Assembly: GCA_029838195.1 (NCBI GenBank)
Contig: JALGVJ010000004.1
Span: forward strand, 96,001-160,000
DNA from: Promethearchaeota archaeon
GTDB lineage: Archaea > Asgardarchaeota > Lokiarchaeia > Sigyniarchaeales > SOKP01
Direction of reading: 5' to 3'
Length of the DNA: 64,000 nucleotides
This document shows positions 1-9,213 of the stretch, piece after piece. The notes under the pieces were generated by a model. That model was not told the origin of the DNA. It did not search any database and saw nothing but the letters and a program-made list of their open reading frames with translations. How positions within the stretch are numbered: position 1 is the first letter of the stretch; the number at the start of each line of letters is the position of its first letter. Made by a program: the position numbers and the translations under genes.

Positions 1-1
1 G

Positions 2-184
2 AAAAATTTAATTATCGTTACACAAGAAGATAAAATCTCAATACATCCAAAAGTTATTAGAACCTGTCCCAAGTGTGGCCATGAAGAGGCAGAAACTTGG
101 CAAGAACAAACGAGGAGTGCAGATGAGCCGAGTACTCATTTTTTTAGATGTTTAAAATGTAGATATACTTGGCGGGAATATTAA
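2..184 (+). CDS. tfs: Transcription factor S (TFS/RpoM family), C-terminal part, truncated by window start
   Basis: Manual translation ...RTCPKCGHEEAETWQEQTRSADEPSTHFFRCLKCRYTWREY*: TFIIS-type zinc ribbon with QTRSADEP acidic hairpin; not in ORF track. Confidence 0.93.
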   Translation, partial: KNLIIVTQEDKISIHPKVIRTCPKCGHEEAETWQEQTRSADEPSTHFFRCLKCRYTWREY

Positions 185-242
185 TTATTTGTTTAAATCT
201 TTGAAATGTGACCTAACCAAGTTAATAATAATTAAATATTGC

Positions 243-446
243 TTACGTTAGTACTTCTAAAATTTTCGTTAATATTCGAGCTTTACCACCCGTGGATTGT
301 AAGAGGGTCTTTCCGCATACTAAACATTCCACATCTGTGGCGGCGCAACCAAAAACAATTTGTTGATTTCCACAATTAAGGCATTTGACCCTTAAAAACC
401 TGCTTTTAGGTTGCGGTATTAATTCTTTTTTTTTCTTGTTGCGCAT
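243..446 (-). CDS. rps27e: 30S ribosomal protein S27e
   Basis: [20 protein letters not shown]...[16 protein letters not shown]; follows L44e as in archaea. Confidence 0.97.
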   Translation of the reverse strand: MRNKKKKELIPQPKSRFLRVKCLNCGNQQIVFGCAATDVECLVCGKTLLQSTGGKARILTKILEVLT

Positions 447-465
447 GAGCTTACACCTTCTTTAA

Positions 466-747
466 TCAAACTTCCTGTAATTCTATTTTTTTCACACGAT
501 ACGATTTAGCATAATGTTTTTTATTACATTCCGTGCATTCCAAAACTGGAACAGTTTTTTTGTTAATTTTAGCATTTTTATGAAAAATTTCTTTGGGAAA
601 AGATCCATAACCTTTTTTCTTTCGTTCTAATCTTCTCCTTCCGTGATTTAACATCCGTTCTTTTCCTTTTTTATATATAGTTACATTATGCACCGTATGT
701 GCGCGACAATAAGGACAATAACGACGGATCGTTTTAGGGTACTTCAT
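466..747 (-). CDS. rpl44e: 50S ribosomal protein L44e (eL42)
   Basis: MKYPKTIRRYCPYCRAHTVH...GRRR...GYGS...LECTECNKKH. Confidence 0.96.
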   Translation of the reverse strand: MKYPKTIRRYCPYCRAHTVHNVTIYKKGKERMLNHGRRRLERKKKGYGSFPKEIFHKNAKINKKTVPVLECTECNKKHYAKSYRVKKIELQEV

Positions 748-1002
748 TCATCATCCCACATAAATCGAAAATAACTTAGGATTTATAATTTTATATTGAA
801 ATTAAATTTTATTAATAAATTAGAAGTAAACTTATCTCTTTAATTAAAATCTTTATCGAAAAACTTCACGGATATGATGATGGGCACATTTGTATTATAA
901 AATAGTTTTAACGGCGCGTGATCTCTCATTTAAAAAACGAATTTGAGGAAACAAAAAATAATTTAAATAGCACTTGATTTATTGTTATAAAAAAGGAAAG
1001 TA

Positions 1003-1929
1003 GTGTTCATGTTTAAAGAGAAATTTCGAAAGGGCATTATTAGTGCTAAACAATTTAATAGGGAAGATCTCGAATATATTTTAAAAAAAGCAAAGGAAAT
1101 GATGAGTATTCAAAATTCCAATATTTTACAAGGAAAGATATTGGCAACCTTATTTTTTGAACCTTCTACAAGGACACGTCTCAGTTTTGAATCGGCGATG
1201 TATCGATTGGGGGGAAAGGTGATAGGATTTCAATCAAGAGAGGTTTCCTCTATCAAGAAAGGAGAATCCCTGGCAGATACCATTAGAACAGTGCAAAATT
1301 ATTGTGATTGCATTGTCATACGGCATTCATTAGAAGGAGCTGCGAAATTGGCTTCAAGATTTGCTAAAGTTCCTATCATTAATGCAGGATCGGGTAGTGG
1401 AGAGCATCCAACGCAAGCTTTACTGGATTTATTTACAATAAAAGAAGAATGTGGTACGATCGATGGATTAAATATCGGGATCATGGGTGATTTAAAATAT
1501 GGAAGAACTGTTCATTCCCTTTCCGTATTATTAATAAATTTTGATGTGAACATATATTTTATTAGTCCAAAAGAATTGGTCATGAGAGATAGCGATAAGG
1601 ATTTTTTACTCTCCCGTCAAGTAAAGGTTAAAGAAATTTTCGATTACAGAAAGGTCTTAGATATTTTAGATGTACTTTACATGACAAGAATTCAAAAAGA
1701 ACGATTTATAGATCCTGAAGAATATGAAAAAATGAAAAATATCTATAAATTCACGGAGAAGGATCTGGAGCTAACTAAAGATAATTTTATTTTACTACAT
1801 CCTCTTCCCCGGGTTACAGAGATTTCTTATAACATAGACAAATATGAAAACAAAGCAAAATATTTTAAGCAAGTATATTATGGATTGCAATTACGAAAGG
1901 CTCTTTTAGCCGAATTATTAGCAGATTAA
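1003..1929 (+). CDS. pyrB: Aspartate carbamoyltransferase catalytic subunit
   Basis: FFEPSTRTRLSFE, HPTQALLD, GDLKYGRTVHSL, TRIQKERF, HPLPR motifs. Confidence 0.97.
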   Translation: MFMFKEKFRKGIISAKQFNREDLEYILKKAKEMMSIQNSNILQGKILATLFFEPSTRTRLSFESAMYRLGGKVIGFQSREVSSIKKGESLADTIRTVQNYCDCIVIRHSLEGAAKLASRFAKVPIINAGSGSGEHPTQALLDLFTIKEECGTIDGLNIGIMGDLKYGRTVHSLSVLLINFDVNIYFISPKELVMRDSDKDFLLSRQVKVKEIFDYRKVLDILDVLYMTRIQKERFIDPEEYEKMKNIYKFTEKDLELTKDNFILLHPLPRVTEISYNIDKYENKAKYFKQVYYGLQLRKALLAELLAD

Positions 1930-1949
1930 ATCTCTGTAAAATTTTAAAT

Positions 1950-3956
1950 TTATGAATTTTTAATGCTAAAAAATGGGATATTCGACTTGAATAAAAGTCG
2001 CTCTATTTCTCGAACTTCTTGATTGTCAATTGAGGGCATGAACACGTTAAATAATGACCCTCCATTCATGAATTGAGATAGTTTTTCATGTAGTTTAATT
2101 CTTTCTTGTAAGGATAACGATGTTTTTTTCTTTATTAACGTTGTATTGAATTTTATTTGAGAATTTTTCATTTCTCCTCCATATTCCCGATGTTTCTTTA
2201 ATCCTCGATTAAGGACATGAGGTTGAGTTAATGTATAATTGATATTTTCATCTTCTTTCCGCTCTTGAATCAAGGAATTCATTTCTTTTAAGATTTTTAG
2301 TCCAAAATGCATGCTACTTTGAGATTTTTCAAAATCTAGACCACAGTGGGTAATAATGGCTTCCCTAAAGTTAAAAAAACTAATAGATCGTACAGCTGAT
2401 TCCATACATTCTTTTGCGGAATCCTCAAAACATTTAGAAATAAAATAATTCCACCATTTGTTCTTTCCTATTTTTTGAGTAATAAAAGATTCTTTAAAAG
2501 AAAACAATTCAAAAACAGAATTTAACCGATCATCAACTTTTTCAAGAAAAAAATCGTCATTACCTTTAGATAATGATGCTATGGATAGAAGATTTATCAA
2601 AATTTTATCCATAATTAGTTGGTTTGCTATATGATTATTTCTTGTCTCTTTTGATATTTTAATAAGAGCGGAATTTAACAAATTAGAGTATTCATTTACA
2701 TGAAAAATAATGTTATTTTTTCCACCATTGATTAGCCGAATTTTTTGAAGAAAAGAAACTTTATCATTCTTTAAAAATCTAGGTAATTGAATTAAAATTA
2801 ATGGCTTGACAGGAAAACCACCGTAAAAACCCTCATTTTCATTTAAAATTTGAGTGATTTTCTTAAAAAATGTTAAATTCTCCTCATTTTTATCTTGTTC
2901 TTGAAGGCTCTGAGAAAAGTCTAATCCTAAATTCGGAACGAAGGAATCTCTTGTTTTATTTAAAAAATAGGTTATTCGGGATTGTAATACTGATGATATA
3001 ACAGGATTATATGAATGATTTTTGAATTTATCCAAAAAAAATTGATCAAAATCCCCTAAAATAATATCTTCTGAAAAGAATTGAGAGATATTTTCTAAAA
3101 AATCGAAACTTTTTAAGATACATTCGGTAATAGAATGTTGGTCATTATTATTAAGAGGAGGCAGATGTTCTTTTTCTTGAATAAAATTCATTAAATTGTT
3201 TGTATTCAAAAGACAAGAAAAAGGGCGTAAATTCCAAGTATTTAAATGTAATAATAAAATATCATTAGAAAGATATGAATCCGCTAAATTATTTGGTAAT
3301 AAATTTAATAATAAAAATTGTTCAGAAACATCGGAACCTAATTTTTTCAAATAATGTGCGGGCAGAATATTATTATCATTAAATAACTTAAATACCTCAT
3401 GAGGAGGACTTCCCAGACGCGTGAGTTTATGCCTAACTTTCTCAAGGCCATTTTCTATTAAAATTGCGTTAATTAATTCTCTCATCAAGGGGGCAGTAAG
3501 ATATTCTATATTTGTTTTTTGGAGCCTCTCAATAGTCTCATTTGCTATTTTTTTAGCCAAATTTTGCTCCAAATTTCCTTCTTTTATTAAATATTCCTCG
3601 ATTTTTTCGATTTTAAAAGGCTCCTTAGAATACTTTGAAGTTCGTATCATCACTGTTTCATTCTCTTCATTTAAAATATTTTCAATGGTTTCAAGACTTT
3701 TTACCATTTTTTGTCCTAAAGGCGTGAGTAAATAGCCATTTTTAGAGCTCTTAATGAGATTATTATTTTTTAATGTATTCAGGTGGAACGATAAATTAAC
3801 ATTATTCGAATAGTGCATCGAAATTTTCTTCTTTAAATAAGAAAAAGACAGGGGATGAGATGAGCGCTGCAACGATTTCAATAAATTGATTCTAACTTCA
3901 TGGCTAATAATTTTTAATTGCTCTTCTAATAATCGTGCGATTTCGTCGGCGAGCAT
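1950..3956 (-). CDS. ArsR-like winged HTH + ATP-cone + degenerate class III (NrdD-like) ribonucleotide reductase body lacking the glycyl-radical domain
   Basis: N-terminal wHTH (SHEVRINLL...LSFHLNTLK...GYLLTPLG); ATP cone (IRTSKYSKEPF...LTAPLMRELIN...TRLG); NrdD-like LPNNLADSYLSNDILL and GGSLFNV; no C-terminal CxxC..CxxC or RxxGY. Confidence 0.75.
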   Translation of the reverse strand: MLADEIARLLEEQLKIISHEVRINLLKSLQRSSHPLSFSYLKKKISMHYSNNVNLSFHLNTLKNNNLIKSSKNGYLLTPLGQKMVKSLETIENILNEENETVMIRTSKYSKEPFKIEKIEEYLIKEGNLEQNLAKKIANETIERLQKTNIEYLTAPLMRELINAILIENGLEKVRHKLTRLGSPPHEVFKLFNDNNILPAHYLKKLGSDVSEQFLLLNLLPNNLADSYLSNDILLLHLNTWNLRPFSCLLNTNNLMNFIQEKEHLPPLNNNDQHSITECILKSFDFLENISQFFSEDIILGDFDQFFLDKFKNHSYNPVISSVLQSRITYFLNKTRDSFVPNLGLDFSQSLQEQDKNEENLTFFKKITQILNENEGFYGGFPVKPLILIQLPRFLKNDKVSFLQKIRLINGGKNNIIFHVNEYSNLLNSALIKISKETRNNHIANQLIMDKILINLLSIASLSKGNDDFFLEKVDDRLNSVFELFSFKESFITQKIGKNKWWNYFISKCFEDSAKECMESAVRSISFFNFREAIITHCGLDFEKSQSSMHFGLKILKEMNSLIQERKEDENINYTLTQPHVLNRGLKKHREYGGEMKNSQIKFNTTLIKKKTSLSLQERIKLHEKLSQFMNGGSLFNVFMPSIDNQEVREIERLLFKSNIPFFSIKNS

Positions 3957-4111
3957 CAGTTATTCTGTAATGTCCCAATTTTTTTAGAAAATATCTAAAA
4001 AATAATAGGACTCTTACTTATAAAAAAATTTGGGACAGATCTCATGGAAAATTAAATTCTAATAATATCCCGGTGATATTTTATGAAAAATAGAAAATTT
4101 TTTTGTTTGTC

Positions 4112-4732
4112 TTACCGGGCAGAGACCGCAATCCTTTCAATTTCGTCTTTTCTTTTAATTGCCTTTGATTCTTGGCTATTTTGAGCCGCACTAATAAGTT
4201 CTCGGGTAATGCTTTCTTCAAATCGTCTGATAGTATTGTGGGAATCTGTCGCAATTGCTTGGACTAAAAGTTTCAATGCAAGATCTACTCTTCTTTGAGG
4301 CGAAATGTCCACGGCGGAAGCATAGGAAATGCCCCCCATGGCAATCCTAGTGGTTTCTTCTCGTGGAGCTACGTTAACGATAGCATCTACTAACACTTGG
4401 ATGGGATTTTGTCCGGTATTTAAATGAATCAAGGTAAATGCTTCCTCGACACTTCGGATAATTTTTTTCTTTTTTCCAGAATTATAGGAGGACTTATGCC
4501 CTTTTATCTTATTATCAATGAATCCCGGTGAGAGTAATCGATTAATGAATCGTTCGACAATTGAAACCTTTTGTGATTTCCAAAATTTTTTATGAGAATG
4601 ATTTCCTCCGGTACTTGGTACGATTATTTTTTTCAAATTAATGTATTTTTCCAAGCTAAAATCCTTTATTTCGATACCGTCGAAAGACCATTTGTTAAAA
4701 AGTTTAATATCTTCTTTTTTCGTTTTACTCAT
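4112..4732 (-). CDS. rps7: 30S ribosomal protein S7
   Basis: KLFNKWS, IVERFIN, NPIQVLVDAIVNVAPREETTR, AVDISPQRRVD, KRKDEIERIAVSAR. Confidence 0.97.
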   Translation of the reverse strand: MSKTKKEDIKLFNKWSFDGIEIKDFSLEKYINLKKIIVPSTGGNHSHKKFWKSQKVSIVERFINRLLSPGFIDNKIKGHKSSYNSGKKKKIIRSVEEAFTLIHLNTGQNPIQVLVDAIVNVAPREETTRIAMGGISYASAVDISPQRRVDLALKLLVQAIATDSHNTIRRFEESITRELISAAQNSQESKAIKRKDEIERIAVSAR

Positions 4733-4868
4733 TGATCCACAGCATAATTAATATTAAATTACTTATTATTGTAAATAATTGCTCATTTTAATTTTTTATG
4801 ATAAGTAATCTTGAAATACAAAATTTTAAGAGATATCACGTATTAAATTTAATCATATATTATAAAAG

Positions 4869-5312
4869 GTGAATACGATCGGAAAAACGAAAGGCCTATA
4901 TGCTGCAAGAAAATTAAAAAATAATCGCAAGAAATTTCGATGGTCAAAATCTAAATATAAAAGAAAAAAATTGAAATTAAAGCAAAAAGTAGACCCTTTA
5001 GAAGGTTCACCTCAAGCTACGGGTATCGTTCTCCAGAAAGTGGGGAGAGAAAGCAAGCAACCCAACTCTGCGATTCGAAAATGTGTCCGTGTTCAATTGA
5101 AGAAAAATGGAAAAGGAATTACTGCTTTTTTACCTGGTGATGGTGCATTAAACTTTATAGATGAACATGATACCGTACTTGTAGAAGGAATTGGAGGATC
5201 AAAAGGAAGAAGTATTGGAGATCTTCCCGGAGTTCGATGGAAAGTAGTTAAGGTAAATGGTGTCAGCTTGGAGGCTCTAATTAAAGGAAAGAAAGAGAAG
5301 CCCATCCGTTAA
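4869..5312 (+). CDS. rps12: 30S ribosomal protein S12 (uS12, archaeal/eukaryotic S23 type); true start possibly ATC at 4878
   Basis: [59 protein letters not shown]. Confidence 0.97.
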   Translation: MNTIGKTKGLYAARKLKNNRKKFRWSKSKYKRKKLKLKQKVDPLEGSPQATGIVLQKVGRESKQPNSAIRKCVRVQLKKNGKGITAFLPGDGALNFIDEHDTVLVEGIGGSKGRSIGDLPGVRWKVVKVNGVSLEALIKGKKEKPIR

Positions 5313-5424
5313 TCGAAGCTTCATTATTATTAAAAAAGTTCCACTACTCTCTTCTTGAATCTTTTTAATTATCTAAGGAATTAACGAATTAAAAGAAAGA
5401 TAATATTACGTGTTTAAAAACAAG

Positions 5425-5898
5425 CTAATTTTTCGTATTTATAATAACGTTATCCACATCAAAATGTCGTAGTACGAGATGTTTTATTTTTCTAATCATT
5501 GATCCATTTTTACCGATTGCTTTTCCTCGATCTTGGGGCCTTACGGAAATGATGACCGTTTTCTTTTCATTTCGGGACTCTCTAATCTCTATATTTTGAA
5601 TTTTAATGGAATTTCTCGAAGTATTGAGAATATATTGGATGAATTTATTGAGTTGTTCAGAAAAGGGGATCACGTCGATTTTCTTTTGAAGTCGTGCCAT
5701 TAAATCTTTCACGTGCTCTCCATCCCGACCAATAGCTTTCCCTATATCCTCTTTTTTTACCAGAAAGATTATTACTTCGGAATCATCATTTGGTAATTGA
5801 AAGGTCAAACAATCTTTAATAATAGCTCCGCTAATATTATTAAATAAAGACATTAACTCCATGGACTCCCGATCAATTTTAATATTTTTTTTCAACAT
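5425..5898 (-). CDS. nusA: Archaeal NusA (two KH domains)
   Basis: IGKAIGRDG and RGKAIGKNG KH loops; follows L30e in rpo cluster. Confidence 0.93.
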   Translation of the reverse strand: MLKKNIKIDRESMELMSLFNNISGAIIKDCLTFQLPNDDSEVIIFLVKKEDIGKAIGRDGEHVKDLMARLQKKIDVIPFSEQLNKFIQYILNTSRNSIKIQNIEIRESRNEKKTVIISVRPQDRGKAIGKNGSMIRKIKHLVLRHFDVDNVIINTKN

Positions 5899-5937
5899 TT
5901 TAAGAACCCAACCTGCTTTAAGAATTCACGATGCTTT

Positions 5938-6294
5938 CTATTTTTTAGGTATGACGGAGAGAATATCTGAATCTCCTGGATCCACAATTCCTAACACGGA
6001 TACCCAGTAAGGTAAAGCTAAGGCTAAACCTAGTTCGAGACTCGACCCTTTATATTTATAAATATAAGGTTTGTCCTTCAAGAGAGAAACATAATAATTA
6101 AATTGAGTTTCTAATTCTTGAGGAATATTATTCGCAATAACGAGCATTTTAAAGGGATTATTTCTCAAGGCTTTAAGAACTTGATTTTTCCCATATATTA
6201 TTTTTCCCGTCTTAAAAGCAACTTTAAGATTGGTCTCGAAATCAATTCCTTTCTTTGCTTTTTTACTTCGTGAAAAATCGATTTTACTCGACAT
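5938..6294 (-). CDS. rpl30e: 50S ribosomal protein L30e
   Basis: KTGKIIYG, GSSLELG, VSVLGIVDPGDSDIL; between rpoA'' and nusA. Confidence 0.94.
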   Translation of the reverse strand: MSSKIDFSRSKKAKKGIDFETNLKVAFKTGKIIYGKNQVLKALRNNPFKMLVIANNIPQELETQFNYYVSLLKDKPYIYKYKGSSLELGLALALPYWVSVLGIVDPGDSDILSVIPKK

Positions 6295-6419
6295 ATATTC
6301 GTGTAGTATTTGTAGTTATAATTAATATATTTATTTTTAAAAAAAAAACCTTTATGTTAATTACATGTTATATTTCATGGTATTTATTAAATTGTTAGTA
6401 AATTCCTTCTTCATAAAAA

Positions 6420-9200
6420 TTATTTCTTTCTAGATTTAATAAGCTCCAGGTTTTTATCGAGATCAAACATGATATGGACCGATCCGGTGCCTATTGGCGA
6501 CACTTGTCCTACAATAACGTTTTCGGGTATTCCTAATAATCTTTCTTCCTCTCCATAAAGACCGGCATCTAAAAGTTGGTTAACGGTTACTTCGAAGGCA
6601 GCCCTGGCAAAAACGCTTGATTTTGAACCTGAAATCCCGTGTCGGCCAATGGATTGGATGGTTCCTGTACTACACATTAAATCGGCCAGAATTAATAAGT
6701 GACGCAAATCCACGTCTAACCCTTGTTGTTCTAAAACTTTTTGAGATTCTATTATGATTAAGTTACGAGCGGCTTCAATTCCGAATAATTTTTCCACTTC
6801 ATGTAAGTGATTGGAAATGGTTCTTGTAGGATCTACGCCTTCAATTTGAATGGCTCCTTGTAAATTCGTACCTTCGGTTTTAATTACCCATTCATTTCCA
6901 TCTTCGGTAGGGGTGAGAAGACCCCTTTTAATTCCTCTTATTCCTTTTATTACTTTTTTTAATATTTTTTCACGCAATTTTTGTAAACTCTGTAGATCTT
7001 CTATACCGGGGTCAATGATGATAGAATTCTTTTCTCTCTTGATAGTTCCTTTTTTCTTATACCTCTTTAAAATTTCGGGAATTTCATCAACATTAATCCC
7101 TTTTTTTTCACAAAGTTCGGGTATGAGATTTACCACGATATTCCAATTCACGAAATCAATATCCGCATCCGAGGTGATTTGCTCAATTCGTATTTGCTCA
7201 ATTCGATTATGTACCTTTATCGCTTCTTCTTCGCTCTTGTTATAAGGCTCTTCTAAATATATCGTCATCTGAGGAGTACTAGGAAATCTACGAGCATCTA
7301 CGATTTCGATTAAACGTGGAAGACCTTGCGTTACTGAAAACTCTTCTACGCCAGCGTAGTGAAATGTCCGTAATGTATTATGGGTAATTAAACCCTCCGC
7401 TGTAGTGAAATTTTCATGATTTTCAATTGAAAAATCGTATAAATATGGTGTAGGTGATTTTATTAATCTAATAGAAATAATTTCATCCCATATAATATCA
7501 CTTTGCAATGCTTTATGTAGAATATTCAATTCCTCGCTGATATCGATGCCCTCTTCTTTTGCCCTTCGTTCAAATATTTTTATATACCGATGAAGGGTTT
7601 GGCGTCTGATTTTTTGCTTGCGAGTATATTTTTTAATACTTGCTGCTAAAGCAGAATGCGCATCTATTTTTAATTTCATGTAGAGATTATTTAAAACTTT
7701 TCCAAATCCCGGAATTATATCTAAGCTATCACGTGATGAATCTTTTGATAGCTCTCTCTCCACTATTTTATTTAAAATAATATTCTTTTCAGATATGATT
7801 GAGCCAATTTTTTTCTTATATGTTGGAGCATATTTTCCTGAAATCCTTAAACAATAACAATTTTTTTCCTTGAATTTTGAAGCAATTATTCCAAATCTAG
7901 ATAATAATAAGCATATCCCATCTCTTAATTCCTTGGAACTTGTACTTGCCCTAATTTGCATTCTTTCGGCAGAAAAATTACCATCTCCATCAAAATAGGC
8001 TTGAAGTAACCCGGCTATAAAATCATCAGGCGCATTTAATGCCCACGAGGGTATAAATTTATTTCTTGCTCCTTTTCCGCAAAGTCTTTTAAAAATTGTT
8101 CCCAATAATGATGAAGAAAGAATAATTGATGAATTTGGTCCAAATTCTCCTTTTTCTTCATTTAAACTCCAAGAAATAGAATAGCTATTCGCAAAATCTA
8201 ATACTCGCTTCTTAAAATTTTCATCAATATTGGTTAATGCTATGAAATTTCCGGCATTAGTTCCTTCAGATAAATATGCTCCCATGATCCAACCAAAAGA
8301 AAAATTAAGAGGTAATTTATCCGGAATTACTATATTCGGATTCGAACAGGTTTTAGGATATATCTGACTATCTTGAAGCAAATCATTTTTCCCGGTTTTT
8401 AACGCTTTTAGTAATCCATTTACTCCAACTGGGATAGTATATTCTATATTGAATTCTTCCTTCCGGTTTCTTCCCATCCAATCTTTTGATTCTTTAACTG
8501 CATTTAACTCGGAACCAAACCAAGCCTCTTTTTTTGATACGTATTGTTTGATGTCCATGAAATCGATGGGATCTTCTGTCGGCAGATTTTTTATTAAGGG
8601 AATCCGATCTCCTATTTTTAATGTTCGCCCCTCGACAGGAATAATTTTATTATTTTTTCTCATCAAAAATGAATGTGAAAGGGTTGCCTCTATACTTCTA
8701 CCCGAACGTGTCTTTATCCTCAAAATTTCTCGTTTAGCAGGATGTCTACTTACTTGTTGAATGCGCCCCCAGTGAATCTTTTCATCTTGACCTAAACAAG
8801 GAACTTTTATTTCCTTAGAATCTAAATTTAATACTTCACAGTCGCCAACATGTTCTAAAATTTCTGCGTTTGACATTAATTCATCAATAAAATCTCCAAT
8901 ATTCAAGATTTTAGTATAGTTTCCCTCTTTTATGATTACTTTTTCTGTTCCCGGAATGCTCATCTGTGTTCCCGGTTCGCCAATAGATTGTGCGGCTACC
9001 GTGCCGACAGGTTCAGAAGCTTCCACGATTGCATTGGTATAATTAATGAAAATTTTATTCAAGAAATATTCTAATTGCTCTTCCTCTAAGTCTTCATCCT
9101 TAATTTTATCTCTAATCTTATCGATTAAATCTTCAGGAATACCATCTTCTTTCAATTCTTGTAATTTTTCTTCCAAAAACTTTTTTGTTACTTTTACCAT
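6420..9200 (-). CDS. rpoA2: RNA polymerase subunit A'' (Rpo1C) precursor with intein; about 398 aa after splicing
   Basis: VGTVAAQSIGEPGTQM|intein|TLRTFHYAG...VTQGLPRLIEIVDAR; VDLRHLLILADLM; ARAAFE; ENVIVGQ. Confidence 0.97.
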   Translation of the reverse strand: MVKVTKKFLEEKLQELKEDGIPEDLIDKIRDKIKDEDLEEEQLEYFLNKIFINYTNAIVEASEPVGTVAAQSIGEPGTQMSIPGTEKVIIKEGNYTKILNIGDFIDELMSNAEILEHVGDCEVLNLDSKEIKVPCLGQDEKIHWGRIQQVSRHPAKREILRIKTRSGRSIEATLSHSFLMRKNNKIIPVEGRTLKIGDRIPLIKNLPTEDPIDFMDIKQYVSKKEAWFGSELNAVKESKDWMGRNRKEEFNIEYTIPVGVNGLLKALKTGKNDLLQDSQIYPKTCSNPNIVIPDKLPLNFSFGWIMGAYLSEGTNAGNFIALTNIDENFKKRVLDFANSYSISWSLNEEKGEFGPNSSIILSSSLLGTIFKRLCGKGARNKFIPSWALNAPDDFIAGLLQAYFDGDGNFSAERMQIRASTSSKELRDGICLLLSRFGIIASKFKEKNCYCLRISGKYAPTYKKKIGSIISEKNIILNKIVERELSKDSSRDSLDIIPGFGKVLNNLYMKLKIDAHSALAASIKKYTRKQKIRRQTLHRYIKIFERRAKEEGIDISEELNILHKALQSDIIWDEIISIRLIKSPTPYLYDFSIENHENFTTAEGLITHNTLRTFHYAGVEEFSVTQGLPRLIEIVDARRFPSTPQMTIYLEEPYNKSEEEAIKVHNRIEQIRIEQITSDADIDFVNWNIVVNLIPELCEKKGINVDEIPEILKRYKKKGTIKREKNSIIIDPGIEDLQSLQKLREKILKKVIKGIRGIKRGLLTPTEDGNEWVIKTEGTNLQGAIQIEGVDPTRTISNHLHEVEKLFGIEAARNLIIIESQKVLEQQGLDVDLRHLLILADLMCSTGTIQSIGRHGISGSKSSVFARAAFEVTVNQLLDAGLYGEEERLLGIPENVIVGQVSPIGTGSVHIMFDLDKNLELIKSRKK
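7377..8960 (-). mobile_element. Intein with LAGLIDADG homing endonuclease in RpoA'' (528 aa)
   Basis: Starts Ser (SIPGTEKV) after GTQM, ends His-Asn (YDFSIENHENFTTAEGLITHN) before Thr+1; block B IEATLSHSF; endonuclease motifs IMGAYLSEG and LLQAYFDGDG. Confidence 0.95.
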
Positions 9201-9213
9201 ATTTATTCCCTCC

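Noticed and set aside
4733-5424. Recombinase-type inverted repeats flanking the inverted rps12
   Set aside because: Only a weak 6-7 bp match (CACGTA/TACGTG) was found and there is no recombinase nearby, so no evidence for a switchable inversion
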